Assembly (NCBI GenBank): GCA_963775425.1
Contig: CAVZJB010000005.1
Span: 160,001 to 224,000, forward strand
Length of the DNA: 64,000 nucleotides
Direction: 5' to 3'
Source: an uncultured delta proteobacterium
GTDB taxonomy: Bacteria; Myxococcota; UBA727; VGSZ01
Shown here one piece after another: positions 1 to 10,272 of this stretch. The number at the start of each line of letters is the position of its first letter. The first letter of the stretch is position 1. A model generated the notes under the pieces. That model had not been told where the DNA came from. It searched no databases and was given only the letters and a program-made list of their open reading frames with translations. The position numbers were made by a program, and so were the translations under genes.

Positions 1-126
1 GACGACGTCGTCATCGACGGCGATCGCAAGGTGGTGACCGCGCCCGCGTACATGCTGGACGCGCCCATCTCGGGCGTCGCCGCGGGCATCACCAAGATGG
101 TCGATCAGGTCATCGCGTGGGCGTGA
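1..126 (+). CDS. elbB: ElbB-family (DJ-1/PfpI, ES1-like) glyoxalase, 3' end only
   Basis: Frame 1 reads DDVVIDGDRKVVTAPAYMLDAPISGVAAGITKMVDQVIAWA*, closely resembling the ElbB C-terminus (DDIVVD..KIVTTPAYML..I...A.GI.KLV); not in the ORF track because it is truncated. Confidence 0.8.
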   Translation, partial: DDVVIDGDRKVVTAPAYMLDAPISGVAAGITKMVDQVIAWA

Positions 127-776
127 GCCCGGCGTCGTCGAGGGCGCGGCGGCTCTCCTCGTGGAGCGCGCGCCTGTGGAGCGCGCCGCTGGCGGCGGTC
201 CTCGCCGTGTCGTCGTCGGCGTGCCTGGCGCACACCCAGCCCCGGCCGAGCGAGCGCATCCAGGTGCTCGACGCCGTCGGCGTGCGCACGTTCGCCAAGG
301 AGGGGAAGATCGTCGACGACGGTCTGCTCGGCGGCGGCCTCTACGAGATCGTGAAGGAAGACCCCGCCGCCGCCGATCAGGCCGCCGCGCACCGCACCGA
401 CATCACCTGGTCGGTGGGCGTCGCCGGCGCGGGCATCGCGAGCGCGGCCGCCGGCGTCGGGCTCGTCGCCACCTCCGATCGCGACCTGCGCACCGCGGGT
501 GCGGTGGCGCTCGTCGCCGCCGGCCTGTCCACGATCCCCATCGCCATCCTCCGGCTCACCGCGGACACGCACATGTGGAACGCCATCAACGCCTACAACG
601 AGGTGGTGGAGGCGCGCCTGTCGCCGGCGACCGCCGTCGACGCGGGCTCGAAGCCGGGGCGGCCGCGCGGCGCGCACCACGCCAAGGCGCCGCGCGCGCC
701 GTCGAAGGCGTCGACCGGGGCCGCGCCAACGAAGGCGCCGCCCGCGAAGGCGCCGGCGACGAAGCCGGGCGGGTGA
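117..776 (+). CDS. hypothetical membrane lipoprotein with Ala/Lys/Pro-rich tail
   Basis: Hydrophobic signal ending in SSSAC (lipobox-like), two hydrophobic segments, basic AP/K-rich C-terminus; start could be GTG 123. Confidence 0.6.
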   Translation: MGVSPASSRARRLSSWSARLWSAPLAAVLAVSSSACLAHTQPRPSERIQVLDAVGVRTFAKEGKIVDDGLLGGGLYEIVKEDPAAADQAAAHRTDITWSVGVAGAGIASAAAGVGLVATSDRDLRTAGAVALVAAGLSTIPIAILRLTADTHMWNAINAYNEVVEARLSPATAVDAGSKPGRPRGAHHAKAPRAPSKASTGAAPTKAPPAKAPATKPGG

Positions 777-789
777 TCGCCGCCGGGCC

Positions 790-1728
790 ATGTACATCAT
801 CGAGCTCTTCCCCGTCGCGCCGCTTGAGGCCGCCGACGTCGACGGAGCGCTCGCCGTCGCGCTCGACGCCGATCAGCCGGGCGCCGCGCGGGTCGTCGTG
901 TTCCACAAGCTGCGCGGCGCGCCGCCCGCGCGCCGCGAGGAGGTCGCGCGCGCGCTCGTGACCGTGCTCAACGAGCCGCGCAACTGGATCCCCAGCGAGG
1001 CCCTCCTGTGCATCGACGCGCTCGCGCCCGACGTCGTCATCGGCGTCGACGGGCGCGGCCTCGTCGCCGCCGGCGACACGCGCGCCGGCGATCTCGTCGA
1101 CGACGGCGTGCGCTTGTTCTGCCCGGTGCTCGGCCCCGTCGCCACCCCGCGCGAGCTCGGCGCGCTGTCCACGCTCGCGTCGCTGCCGTGGCGCGCGCAC
1201 ACGCCGTCGGCGCTCATCGTCGAGGTGAACGGCGTCCGCCGCGTGGTGCCATGGCTCGACGTCACGTCGCTGCAGGCGCCGCACGGCTTCCGGCTCGAGG
1301 CGCGCCCCGGTGACGTCGTCCTGACCGCCGAAGCCGGCGTGCGCGTCAACGGGCAGCGCCTGCCGCCGAAGGTGAGCACCCGCCGCATCGTCCCCGGTGA
1401 CGTCGTCGAGTCGGGCCCGATGCGGGCGCGTCTCATCGAGAGCGTCGAGCATGCGCACCTGCGCGGCATCGTCGCCGTCGCAGGCGCCGGCCGCGTCGCC
1501 GTCGGCAACGCCGTCGCCTTCGCCGGCCACCACGTCGCCGTGCTCGGCGCGCGCGAGGTCGCGGTGGTCTGCGCCGGCGCGGCCGGTCGGGTGCCGCTCC
1601 CGCCGGAGCGCGTCGCCGAGGGCGCCGAGATCGTGGTCGATCGCGTGGGCCCGCACGAGGTGGTGCTCGCGCGGAGGCCTCGCGAGCAGGAGGTCGTGAT
1701 CGTCCGCCCCTCGTCGGGGCCTGCCTGA
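790..1728 (+). CDS. hypothetical protein with FHA-like segment
   Basis: ATG at 790 within ORF 499..1728; GVRVNGQRL...RRIVPGDVVESG resembles the C-terminal half of an FHA domain. Confidence 0.55.
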   Translation: MYIIELFPVAPLEAADVDGALAVALDADQPGAARVVVFHKLRGAPPARREEVARALVTVLNEPRNWIPSEALLCIDALAPDVVIGVDGRGLVAAGDTRAGDLVDDGVRLFCPVLGPVATPRELGALSTLASLPWRAHTPSALIVEVNGVRRVVPWLDVTSLQAPHGFRLEARPGDVVLTAEAGVRVNGQRLPPKVSTRRIVPGDVVESGPMRARLIESVEHAHLRGIVAVAGAGRVAVGNAVAFAGHHVAVLGAREVAVVCAGAAGRVPLPPERVAEGAEIVVDRVGPHEVVLARRPREQEVVIVRPSSGPA

Positions 1729-1746
1729 AGCGGTACGACAGGGGGG

Positions 1747-2637
1747 ATGGCGGCGCGCCTCGTCCTCCCGGCCATGCTCGCGCTCGCCGCGCCCGCGCAC
1801 GCGACGCCGGAGCCGGCGCCGGCGCAGATCACCGTCACCGCGCCGGGCACCGTCGTCACGAGCACGGTGCGCGGCAAGGACAAGGACCGCTACGAGCTGC
1901 GCGTCGCCGACAGGGGCACCTTGCTCGTCACCGTCGTCGCCGTCTGCGGCCCTGCGCCGCGCGGGGTGCTGAAGACGGACGACGGCCACACCATCCGCCA
2001 CGTCGATCGGCACGGGCGAACGTGGGCGCGCCCGCCGGCCGAGACCGTGCTCGTCCTCGAGATCAAGCCGCGCCTCGCCGACGAGCCGAGCACCTACCAG
2101 CTCACCGTCGCCATCAACGTCGACCGCCCCCGGCCCGAGCGCAGCAAGCCCCGGCCGGCGCGGCCGCGCGACATCGTGCGCGTGCCGAACGTGACCGGCC
2201 TCGATCACCTCGAGCGCGTCACCGTCGGCGGCCTCGCCACCGAGTACGTCGTCAGCGGCCGCGACGTCCTCGTCACCATCCCCGCGTTCGCCGCCGAAGG
2301 TCGCATCAAGCTCGGCTTCGACAACCAGCCGCCGGTCACCTGGGACGTCCGGCTCATCGGCATCGAGCCCGTGCGCGACGACGTCGTCACCGGCGCCTGC
2401 AAGGGCGCGGACGGCGGCGCGCAGCCGGGCTGCCTCAAGATCCGCGTGACACCCGTGGTGGGCACCGCGTGGCTGCGGGCGATGGCCCACGCGGTCGACG
2501 CCGACATCGCGACGCACATCGTGAAGACCGGTGAGGTCGAGCTCAAGCTGCGCCTGCCGTCGGCGGAGAGCTACACGCTGGAGACGCTGCATATGATGCC
2601 GGGCGTCCTGTCGGCGGTCAGCGAAAGCGGGACGTAG
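1747..2637 (+). CDS. secreted hypothetical protein
   Basis: Sec-type signal (LAAPAHA); beta-rich body with a PPC-like DKDRYELRV motif; GC-rich third codon positions. Confidence 0.6.
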   Translation: MAARLVLPAMLALAAPAHATPEPAPAQITVTAPGTVVTSTVRGKDKDRYELRVADRGTLLVTVVAVCGPAPRGVLKTDDGHTIRHVDRHGRTWARPPAETVLVLEIKPRLADEPSTYQLTVAINVDRPRPERSKPRPARPRDIVRVPNVTGLDHLERVTVGGLATEYVVSGRDVLVTIPAFAAEGRIKLGFDNQPPVTWDVRLIGIEPVRDDVVTGACKGADGGAQPGCLKIRVTPVVGTAWLRAMAHAVDADIATHIVKTGEVELKLRLPSAESYTLETLHMMPGVLSAVSESGT

Positions 2638-2713
2638 AACAGCGGGCTCGGGGGCGGGGGTCGACGCGCGGCAGGGTTGCGCGTCGCCACGGTGGAGGCA
2701 CTACGATGCGCTC

Positions 2714-3376
2714 GTGACAAGCAGCGCGCTCGTGCTTTGGGACATCGACGGCACGCTGGTCGACGTGCACGGCTCCGGCCGGCGGGCGTTCGCCCTCGCC
2801 CTCGAGCGCACGTGGGGCGTCAAGGACGACCTCGCCGGCGTGCGCTTCGCGGGCGCCACGGACCTCGGCGTGCTCTCCGCGCTGCGGGGCCGGGGCGGGC
2901 TGGCGCTCGATCCCGCGCATGACGGGCGCTTCTTCGAGGTGATGTGCGCCACGCTCGCCGAGCTGCTCGCGGCGGCGCCCGCGGACGCGCGCCCGGGCGC
3001 GGTGGCCGCCGTCGACGCGCTCCACGCACGGGGCGCCGTACAAGGCCTCGTGACCGGGAACGGCCGCCGCTGCGCCTACGAGAAGCTGCGCTCCGCGGGT
3101 CTCGACGGCGCGCGCTTCGGCTTCGGCGGCTTCGGCGACGAGCACGCCGACCGCGAAGAGCTCGCGGTGCGCGCGCTCGCCCGCGCGCCCGGCGGCGGCG
3201 CCGGCGCCCACGTCTTCCTCGTCGGCGACACCCCGAGCGACATCCGCGCCGCGCGGCGCATCGGCGCCGTCGCGGTGGCCGTCGCCGGCTTCGCCTATGA
3301 CCGGAGCGCGCTCGCCGCCGCCGGCGCGGACCACGTGCTCGACGACCTCAGCGGCCTCACCGACGTCGTGCGCTGA
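2714..3376 (+). CDS. HAD-family hydrolase
   Basis: Motif I WDIDGTL, motif II LVTGN, motif IV VGDTPSD. Confidence 0.9.
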   Translation: MTSSALVLWDIDGTLVDVHGSGRRAFALALERTWGVKDDLAGVRFAGATDLGVLSALRGRGGLALDPAHDGRFFEVMCATLAELLAAAPADARPGAVAAVDALHARGAVQGLVTGNGRRCAYEKLRSAGLDGARFGFGGFGDEHADREELAVRALARAPGGGAGAHVFLVGDTPSDIRAARRIGAVAVAVAGFAYDRSALAAAGADHVLDDLSGLTDVVR

Positions 3377-3403
3377 TCCGGCGACGAGCGGCCGACACGC
3401 CGC

Positions 3404-5644
3404 TCAATCCAGATCGCTGAGGCCGAGCCTTCGCCACAGGCGCGACAGCGGTGCCGGCGCCCACCAGTTCCACTTGCCCATCAGGCGCATCGCCGCCGGC
3501 ACCAACAGCGCGCGGATGACGGTGGCGTCGAGGGCGATGGCGAGCGCCATGCCCACGCCGAGCGTCTTCATGAACAGGATGTCCGACGTGGCGAACGCCC
3601 CGATGACGACGACGAGGAGCGCGGCCGCGCTCGTGATCAGCCGCCCGGTGCGGGCGAGGCCGCGGGCGACCGACGCGGTGTTGTCGCCGGTGCGCACGTA
3701 CTCTTCGCGCACGCGCGTCAGGAGGAGGACCTCGTAATCCATGGACAGGCCGAAGACGACGGCGAACATCAGCAGGGGTTGCGTGGCGTCGGAGATGCCG
3801 AGCGGCGTGTAGTGCAGCAGCTTGGTGAAGCGACCGTCCTGGAAGATCCACACCATGGCGCCGAAGCTCGCCGTCAACGACAGCGAGTTCATGATCATCG
3901 CCTTGATGGGCAACGTCACCGAGCCGAACACGACGAACAACACGATGAACATGATGCACGCCACCACGAGCACCATCAGCGGTGCCCCGTGGTGGATGCC
4001 CTGCTTCAAGTCGTAGAGGATGGCGGCCACGCCGCCCACCTCGAGCTTCCAGCCCGGCGGCGGCCGCAGGGCGCGCAGCTCCTTCACCTGCGCCAACGAC
4101 CGCGCCGTGTTGAAGTCGTCGGCGCACACCACGGCGAAGCGCACGGCGTTGCCCTTGGTGAAGATGTCCAGCGCCGCGAGGACGTTCGGGTCCTGCTCCG
4201 CCCGCGGCTTGCTGAGGACGTCGATGACCTTGTCCTTGCCGACGGCGTCGGCGCCCGAGAAGATGCCTTGCACGTCGACGACGCCGTCCATGTGCTTCAT
4301 CTTCTGCGCGAGCGTCCAGAGCTTCTCGAGGTTGCCGCGCGACAGCGCCGGGCCCTGCGTGTGAACGAGCACGTCGTGGGGCGAGGCCTGGTGCGACTCG
4401 AAGTCCCGATCGAGGACCTCCATGGTCTCGCGAGGCGGCGCGCCCACGGGCAGGATCTTGTGGTCGGGGATGGACGGGTCGAGGCGCGAGAACGGCTCCG
4501 CGAGCATCAGCAGCGGCACGGTGACCGCCACCGCCACGAGCACCGGGCGCTTCATCACGCCCATGGCCACCGCGTTCCAGAAGCCCTTGCCCTCGACGAT
4601 CTTGTGGTTGCCGAACGCGAACGGCAGGCGCAGCGCATCGATGCGGTCGCCGAGGATGGCGAGCAACGCGGGCAAGAGCGTGAGCGCCAGCATGACGGCG
4701 CCGAGCGTGACGGCGATGCCGCCGAGCGCGATGGAGCGCAGGTACATCTGCGGAAACGCGAACAGGCCGCACAGCGACGCGGCGACGGTGACGCCGGAGA
4801 AGGCCACGGCCCGGCCGGTGGTGGCGACGGCCCGCTCGACGGCGCCGGCCACGCCGCGCTCGGGCAGCTCCTCGCGCGTGCGGCTCACGATGAACAGCGA
4901 GTAGTCGATGGCGAGCCCGAGCCCGAAGATGGTGACGGTGTTGGCCGCAAAGATGGACAGGTCCGTGACCATGGTGATGAGCCGCATGGCCATGAACGCG
5001 AACGCCATCGCCATGGCGCCGAGCACGAGCGGCATGCTCGCCGACGCGCCGCTGCCGAAGATCACCAGAAGCAGCACCGCGGTGATGGGGAACGCGAGCA
5101 TCTCGGCGCGGCGTAGATCGCTCTCAATGGTGGTGTAGAGCGACTTGTTGACGGGGACGAAGCCGGCGAAGGCGACGTTCAAGCCCTCCACCTGGAACTT
5201 GGGCTTGAGGCGCTCGAAGACCTCGGCCTTGTGCTGGTCGTCGCCGGAGAGGTTCACCACCACGAACGTCTTGGTGCGGTCCTTGGACACGAGCGCGGTG
5301 GCGCCGGTGGTGTAGTAGGAGATGACGCGGACGACGTCCTTGTCCTTCTCGACGCCGTCGAGCGCGCCGAGCACGCCCGTGAGCATCTCGATGTCGTCGA
5401 CGTTGCCGCTCGGCGTCGAGTAGAGCGCGATGACGTCGGCGACGCCGACGTGCAGATCCTTGATGAGCTCACCGCGCACGCGCCACGACTCGGCGCCGGG
5501 ATCTTCGAAGCCGCCCGCGCGCAGGAGCGTCAGCACCGGCGAGCCGAGCCAGAGCACGAACGGCAGGAGCGCCAGGTAGGTGGCCACGATCCACCAGCGC
5601 CGGTGGACCGCGATGCGCCCGAGCGCCGCGAAGGGTCCCTGCAT
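3404..5644 (-). CDS. MMPL/RND-family transporter
   Basis: Two large soluble loops plus many TM segments; GLGLAIDYSLFIVSR and FGLSMDYEVLLL motifs. Start ATG 5644 chosen because a TATCGT box lies 8 nt upstream; 5677 is the alternative. Confidence 0.92.
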   Translation of the reverse strand: MQGPFAALGRIAVHRRWWIVATYLALLPFVLWLGSPVLTLLRAGGFEDPGAESWRVRGELIKDLHVGVADVIALYSTPSGNVDDIEMLTGVLGALDGVEKDKDVVRVISYYTTGATALVSKDRTKTFVVVNLSGDDQHKAEVFERLKPKFQVEGLNVAFAGFVPVNKSLYTTIESDLRRAEMLAFPITAVLLLVIFGSGASASMPLVLGAMAMAFAFMAMRLITMVTDLSIFAANTVTIFGLGLAIDYSLFIVSRTREELPERGVAGAVERAVATTGRAVAFSGVTVAASLCGLFAFPQMYLRSIALGGIAVTLGAVMLALTLLPALLAILGDRIDALRLPFAFGNHKIVEGKGFWNAVAMGVMKRPVLVAVAVTVPLLMLAEPFSRLDPSIPDHKILPVGAPPRETMEVLDRDFESHQASPHDVLVHTQGPALSRGNLEKLWTLAQKMKHMDGVVDVQGIFSGADAVGKDKVIDVLSKPRAEQDPNVLAALDIFTKGNAVRFAVVCADDFNTARSLAQVKELRALRPPPGWKLEVGGVAAILYDLKQGIHHGAPLMVLVVACIMFIVLFVVFGSVTLPIKAMIMNSLSLTASFGAMVWIFQDGRFTKLLHYTPLGISDATQPLLMFAVVFGLSMDYEVLLLTRVREEYVRTGDNTASVARGLARTGRLITSAAALLVVVIGAFATSDILFMKTLGVGMALAIALDATVIRALLVPAAMRLMGKWNWWAPAPLSRLWRRLGLSDLD

Positions 5645-5727
5645 CGACGGGCACGATAGCGGATCGCCGATGCGCATGGGGCGCGCCTGCCCCGGGCGCG
5701 CCTCGTGGCGCGCGTGTCCGGAGCGCC

Positions 5728-7128
5728 TCAGGGCCGCAGGAGCCAGATGCCGGCGTTGGCGCCGGCGCGCACCGACCAGGCGACGTCGTCGCCGGCGACG
5801 TCGAAGCGGTCGACGTTGATCTGGACGAGCTCCGCGGTGGCTTCTCCGGGGCGCAGGATGCGCAGGTGATCCGTGGTGTCGATGAACGCCACGGCGCCCG
5901 CCGGCGTGATCTGCGCCTTGCGCACGTCGCTGCCGGCCGCGCGCACGGCGTCGCCGTCGAACACGCGGAGCGTCCCCGCCGTGTGGCCGCCGTCGAGCAG
6001 CGCCACGCCGTCGCGGAACCAGAAGCGGCCGTCGGGCGTGACGCCCTCGGCGAGGGCGGCGCCGCCGAGGTCGACGGCGCCGGAGCCGTCGAGGGCGGCC
6101 GCGCCGAGCGTCATGCGGCCGGCGAGGTCGATGGCGCTCGCGTACACCACGTGGCGCGCCGTGACCGCCACGAGGTCCTCTGCGCCTGCGGCGCTCAGGC
6201 CGGCCGCGCGCGCCGCCGCGGCGTCGAGCACCGTCGCGCGCCCGGAGCCGTCGAGGTCGACGCGGCCGACGCCACCGGCGTCGTCGATGAAGAGCACCGA
6301 GCGATCATCGCTCGTGACCAGGAACCGCGTGTCGCGCACCTGCGTCGCGAGCGCCACGGCGGGGCCGCCCGCCACGGGGAGCACCGCGAGGTCGGCGATC
6401 TCGCCGCGCTCGTTCACGCCGACGATCACGTGAGCGCCGTCGCCCGTCACCGCCGTCTCGTTGGCGGCGCCGTCGCCCACGAGCTCCCGCACGTCGCCGT
6501 CGTCGTACACGCGCACCACCTTGCGCACGCCGCCGGCGCCGTCGGGGATGTTGGCCCCGAGGATGAGCGCGCCGCCGGAGGTGAAGCGCGCCTTCTCCCG
6601 GTGCGCGCCGGGGACGACGCGCTCACCGTCGAGGAAGAGGTCCTCGGTGCCGGCGGCCTTGTCGAGGCGCTCCTCGTGATAGAGGTGCGCGCCGTCGGCG
6701 GTGGCCGTGATGTTGTCGATGCGCACCGGCGTCGCGGCGCTCCCGAGCGGCGCCACCGTCCCGTCCACCGCCCGCAGGCGCACGTCGGCGGCGACGGCGT
6801 CGGCGGCGTCGAGCCCCGCGAGCGACACCACCAGGCCCGCGTCCCGCGCCGGCATCTGCGCGTCGTCGACGTGCCCCGCGATCTTCGCGCCGTCGACGGG
6901 CGCGCCCCCGCCGAGCGGCGCGAAGAACAGCGCGCCCAGCCGGTCCACGTATGCCACCCCCGCCGCCGACGCGTCCTCGAGCCGAAGGCCGGCGCCGGCG
7001 ACCAACAGCCCTTCGCGCGCGCAGCCCCCGAGCGCGCAGCCCGCGACCGCGTGCCCTCCGATCAGGAGCGCGGTCACGACGAGGGAGGCCGTGCGCCTCG
7101 AGCCGCTCCGACGTTGCTCGAGCTTCAC
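5728..7128 (-). CDS. secreted beta-propeller-like protein, paralogue of the upstream gene
   Basis: Repeated T.DG blade-like motifs; shares blocks with 7193..8635. The true start may be GTG 7196 with a 1-nt indel near 7132. Confidence 0.65.
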   Translation of the reverse strand: MKLEQRRSGSRRTASLVVTALLIGGHAVAGCALGGCAREGLLVAGAGLRLEDASAAGVAYVDRLGALFFAPLGGGAPVDGAKIAGHVDDAQMPARDAGLVVSLAGLDAADAVAADVRLRAVDGTVAPLGSAATPVRIDNITATADGAHLYHEERLDKAAGTEDLFLDGERVVPGAHREKARFTSGGALILGANIPDGAGGVRKVVRVYDDGDVRELVGDGAANETAVTGDGAHVIVGVNERGEIADLAVLPVAGGPAVALATQVRDTRFLVTSDDRSVLFIDDAGGVGRVDLDGSGRATVLDAAAARAAGLSAAGAEDLVAVTARHVVYASAIDLAGRMTLGAAALDGSGAVDLGGAALAEGVTPDGRFWFRDGVALLDGGHTAGTLRVFDGDAVRAAGSDVRKAQITPAGAVAFIDTTDHLRILRPGEATAELVQINVDRFDVAGDDVAWSVRAGANAGIWLLRP

Positions 7129-7192
7129 GACGAGAGCACGGCGAGGACCGCGAGGGCCAGCGCCACGAGGACGCCGGCGCCGAGGAAGCCCT

Positions 7193-8635
7193 TCACGGGA
7201 CCTCCGCGACGAACAGGCCTTCGGTGGGGGTGGAGTACACGAGGCGGCTCGCGTCCGCCCCGGCGCCGTCGGGGATCCCGGCGACGTGGTCGACGTTCGC
7301 CGCGAGCGTCGTCAGCGACGACGTGCCGAGCGTGGCGACCTTCAGGACGCCGCTCGTGTCGATGATCGCCACCTTGGTCGCCGACAGCTTCGCCAGCTTG
7401 TCGACCCCCTGCGCCACCGTGGCCAGCGCGCCCGTTTGCGTGTCGAAGGCCTTGAGCGTGCCGCTGGTGGTGCTCGGGGTGACGCCGTCGCGGAACAGGT
7501 AGTAGCGGTCGTCCGAGCTGAAGCCGTCGTTGATGGCGCTCGCGCCGAGCGGGGTGTCCCCGCTGCCGTCGAGCGCCGCGATGCGCAGGGTGGCGAGGCC
7601 GGTGTTGGCGTCGATGGCTGCGTCGAAGGCGACGTGGGTGGCCGCGATGGCCTCGAGGTCCACGGCGCCGCCCTGCAGGATGGTGCGCCGCCCGCTGCCG
7701 TCCCGATGCACCGCCTCGATGCTGCCGCCGCCGCCGGCCGTGGTGTCCGTGAGGTACACGACCTCGACGTCGTCGACGGTGAGCTTGAACGACGCGTCGT
7801 CGCCGCCCGCGGCCTGGCTCTCGAGGACGACGGGGGCGCCGCCGCCGTCGACGTCGTGGATGGTGATGTCCACGTGGTTCTGGCTCTCGTTTTCTCCGGT
7901 GATGACCTGTGCGCCGTCGCGGGTGAGCGCGTTCTGCGTCGACGCGCCCTGGGCAACCAGGGTGACCGGCGCGCCGCCGCCGACGGGGTAGCTCTTCACC
8001 GAGCTCACCACGCCGCCCGCGCCGCCCTCGTCGTCACATGCGAGCAGCAGCCGGGCGCTGTCGGGCGTGAAGTGCTGCTCCTCTTTGGACGCCTGCTGCA
8101 CCAGTACGGCGCCGTCGAGGTGCAGGGCCTCGATGCCCTGGGACACGAAGGTCTCGAAGTACAGGTGCTCTCCGTCCGGAGACGCGTCGAGGGATTTGAC
8201 GCGGACGTTGTTGGCGAGCGACGTGACCACGCCGTCCTTCCGCTGGTCGGCGGTGACGTACACCTTCTCGGTGGCGTCGGTGGGGCCGTGCAGGGCGACG
8301 AGGAACTTGCCGTGGAACTCGGCGCGGTCGGTGAAGGGCGAAACCTGCTCGGGTGTTCCCCCGTCGGGGCCGATGACGAACAGCGTGTTGTCGCCGTCGC
8401 GGTAGGCGATCTCCGTGCCCTCCTTGTCGACGTCCTCGAGGTTCACGCCCTGGCCCGCGACGACCAGCGTCCCCGCGTTGGTGTCGCCCTCGCCCTCTCC
8501 TTCGCCCTCTCCTTCGCCCTCTCCCTCTCCCTCGCCTTCTCCTTCCCCCTCCCCCTCGCCGGCCGGCGCCGGCGGGCACCCCGCCGTGATGGCCACGAGC
8601 GTCGCCGCGAGGAGTGAGAACGTGAGTATGCGCAA
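7193..8635 (-). CDS. lipoprotein with (GE)12 linker and TolB-like beta-propeller
   Basis: TTG start after GGAGG; lipobox ITAGC; SPDG/TPDS/TRDG blade motifs. Confidence 0.75.
   Translation of the reverse strand: MRILTFSLLAATLVAITAGCPPAPAGEGEGEGEGEGEGEGEGEGEGEGEGDTNAGTLVVAGQGVNLEDVDKEGTEIAYRDGDNTLFVIGPDGGTPEQVSPFTDRAEFHGKFLVALHGPTDATEKVYVTADQRKDGVVTSLANNVRVKSLDASPDGEHLYFETFVSQGIEALHLDGAVLVQQASKEEQHFTPDSARLLLACDDEGGAGGVVSSVKSYPVGGGAPVTLVAQGASTQNALTRDGAQVITGENESQNHVDITIHDVDGGGAPVVLESQAAGGDDASFKLTVDDVEVVYLTDTTAGGGGSIEAVHRDGSGRRTILQGGAVDLEAIAATHVAFDAAIDANTGLATLRIAALDGSGDTPLGASAINDGFSSDDRYYLFRDGVTPSTTSGTLKAFDTQTGALATVAQGVDKLAKLSATKVAIIDTSGVLKVATLGTSSLTTLAANVDHVAGIPDGAGADASRLVYSTPTEGLFVAEVP
8489..8560 (-). 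repeat. coding Gly-Glu dipeptide repeat (x12)
   Basis: 6-bp periodic ccctcg/ccctct/ccttcg units encoding GEGEGE. Confidence 0.9.
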
Positions 8636-8675
8636 GGGAACCTCCGACGGGACTACGTCCGCGGGCGGCCCCTGC

Positions 8676-8733
8676 GATCAGCGACCGGAGGGAGCGGCCG
8701 GGCGGATGAGCGACCGGAGGGAGCGGCCGCGCG
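8676..8733 (+). repeat. 29-bp intergenic tandem repeat (2 copies)
   Basis: GAT(C/G)AGCGACCGGAGGGAGCGGCCG at 8676 and 8705; reverse complement of the array at 54313. Confidence 0.85.
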
Positions 8734-8766
8734 ACCTGGACCGTGTGCCAGGTGTGGGCGCGGCGG

Positions 8767-9414
8767 CTACCGCAGGACGCGCTCGGCCTCGAACGCGCCG
8801 GGCGCCTGCTGGTGCAGCTCGAAGAAGACGTCGGCGATGCGATCGGGATCGAAGCGGCCGCCCTTCTCGACGATGCCGCACACGGTCACGGTGGCCGCGT
8901 GGACGCCCTGCGGGGCCAGCTCCTTGTGCAAGAGCAGCGCGAGTGAGCGCACCCCCGCCTTGCCCACCGACAGCGCCGTCATCTGCGGCCACGGCTCGAG
9001 GGCGAGGCCGCCGCCGGTGACGAGGATGCTGCCGGCGCGCCGCTCGAGCATGTGCGGCGCCACCTTCTGCGCCGCCACCAAAAAACCGACGACGTCGACG
9101 CGCAGCTCGCGCACGAGCTGCTCGGCGCCCACCGCGAAGGGCGCCCCCGGTCGCACCGTGGCGGCGTTGTAGCAGAGGACGTCGATGGCGCCGAAGGCAC
9201 GCTCGACGGCGCCGAGCGCGTCGACGATGGAGGTGCTGCGCTCGGCGTCGCACGAGAACCAGCGCGCCTCACCGCCTTCGGCGGACACCGCCTCCGCGAG
9301 CGCAGACGCGTCCTTGCGCGACAGGAGCGCCACCTGCATGCCCGCCTTGGAGAAGCGGCGCGCAAGGGCGGCGCCAATGCCCGGACCCGCACCGATGATC
9401 GCGCACACGCTCAC
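8767..9414 (-). CDS. short-chain dehydrogenase/reductase (atypical SDR)
   Basis: GAGPGIG Rossmann motif, YNAA, ILVTGG; catalytic YxxxK position reads LSVGK. Confidence 0.9.
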   Translation of the reverse strand: MSVCAIIGAGPGIGAALARRFSKAGMQVALLSRKDASALAEAVSAEGGEARWFSCDAERSTSIVDALGAVERAFGAIDVLCYNAATVRPGAPFAVGAEQLVRELRVDVVGFLVAAQKVAPHMLERRAGSILVTGGGLALEPWPQMTALSVGKAGVRSLALLLHKELAPQGVHAATVTVCGIVEKGGRFDPDRIADVFFELHQQAPGAFEAERVLR

Positions 9415-9423
9415 GTCCGCCTC

Positions 9424-10272
9424 CTACCGCAGTGCCACGATGTAGGCGAGCCACGACGGATCGGGCTTGCCGCGGGCGGCGCGCCGGTACTTGCCCGAGG
9501 GCTCGCCGTCCTTGTCCTCCGTCTCCCAGTAGACGTGGGACGACGAGAAGCCGGCCTCGGCGAGGAGCTCGCGGACCTCGGGGACACTCCACATGCGCCA
9601 GTCGTAGGTGAACGCCTTCTCGATGGCGCTGCCGTCGGGGAAGCGGAAGTGGATGTGGAAGAGGACGTCGTGGGTGATGGGGTTGTAGGACTCCTCCTCC
9701 CACACGTAGCGGAAGGGCGGGTTGTTCTCTTTGTCCTCGCGCGTGGGGCGCGCCACCTGGCGCGACTCCGAGATGTCCTCGTTCATCATCGACCCGCCGC
9801 CCATCATGTCGAGGACGAAGAGGCCCTCTTTGGCGAGCGAGGCGTGCACGGCCTCGAAGTAGCGCCGCACGAGGTCGCGCTTCTTGAAGATGAAGAAGCT
9901 GTAGTTCTGCGCGGCGATGAGCTCCGCCTTCTCCTTGCAGCGCAGGACGTCCTGCTGCACGAGCTTCACGCGCGCGCGCTCCTCCGGCTTGAGCTTGGAG
10001 AGGTAGTGCTGGCGGCCGTAGGCGAGGGGCTCGGGGTCGAGGTCGACGCCGATGGCGCGGCGATCCTTCGACGACTTCACCCAGTCGCAGCAGACGGCGG
10101 CGGCGGCGCAGAAATCCTCGCGCAGGGTGACGGGCTGGCGGCCGTACGCGTCCTTGTAGAAGTGAATGAACTCTTCGACCTCGTGCTCGGGGTCCTGAAC
10201 GCTGAGGCGGTAGAGCGCGTATTTGTCCGCGGTCTGCGCCATGGTGGGTTTGGTTTTGCGCTTGGCGATCAT
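9424..10272 (-). CDS. class I SAM-dependent methyltransferase
   Basis: LREDFC, GVDLDPEPL, LVQQDVL, GLFVLD motifs; ATG 10272 overlaps the thioesterase stop (alternative ATG 10242). Confidence 0.8.
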   Translation of the reverse strand: MIAKRKTKPTMAQTADKYALYRLSVQDPEHEVEEFIHFYKDAYGRQPVTLREDFCAAAAVCCDWVKSSKDRRAIGVDLDPEPLAYGRQHYLSKLKPEERARVKLVQQDVLRCKEKAELIAAQNYSFFIFKKRDLVRRYFEAVHASLAKEGLFVLDMMGGGSMMNEDISESRQVARPTREDKENNPPFRYVWEEESYNPITHDVLFHIHFRFPDGSAIEKAFTYDWRMWSVPEVRELLAEAGFSSSHVYWETEDKDGEPSGKYRRAARGKPDPSWLAYIVALR

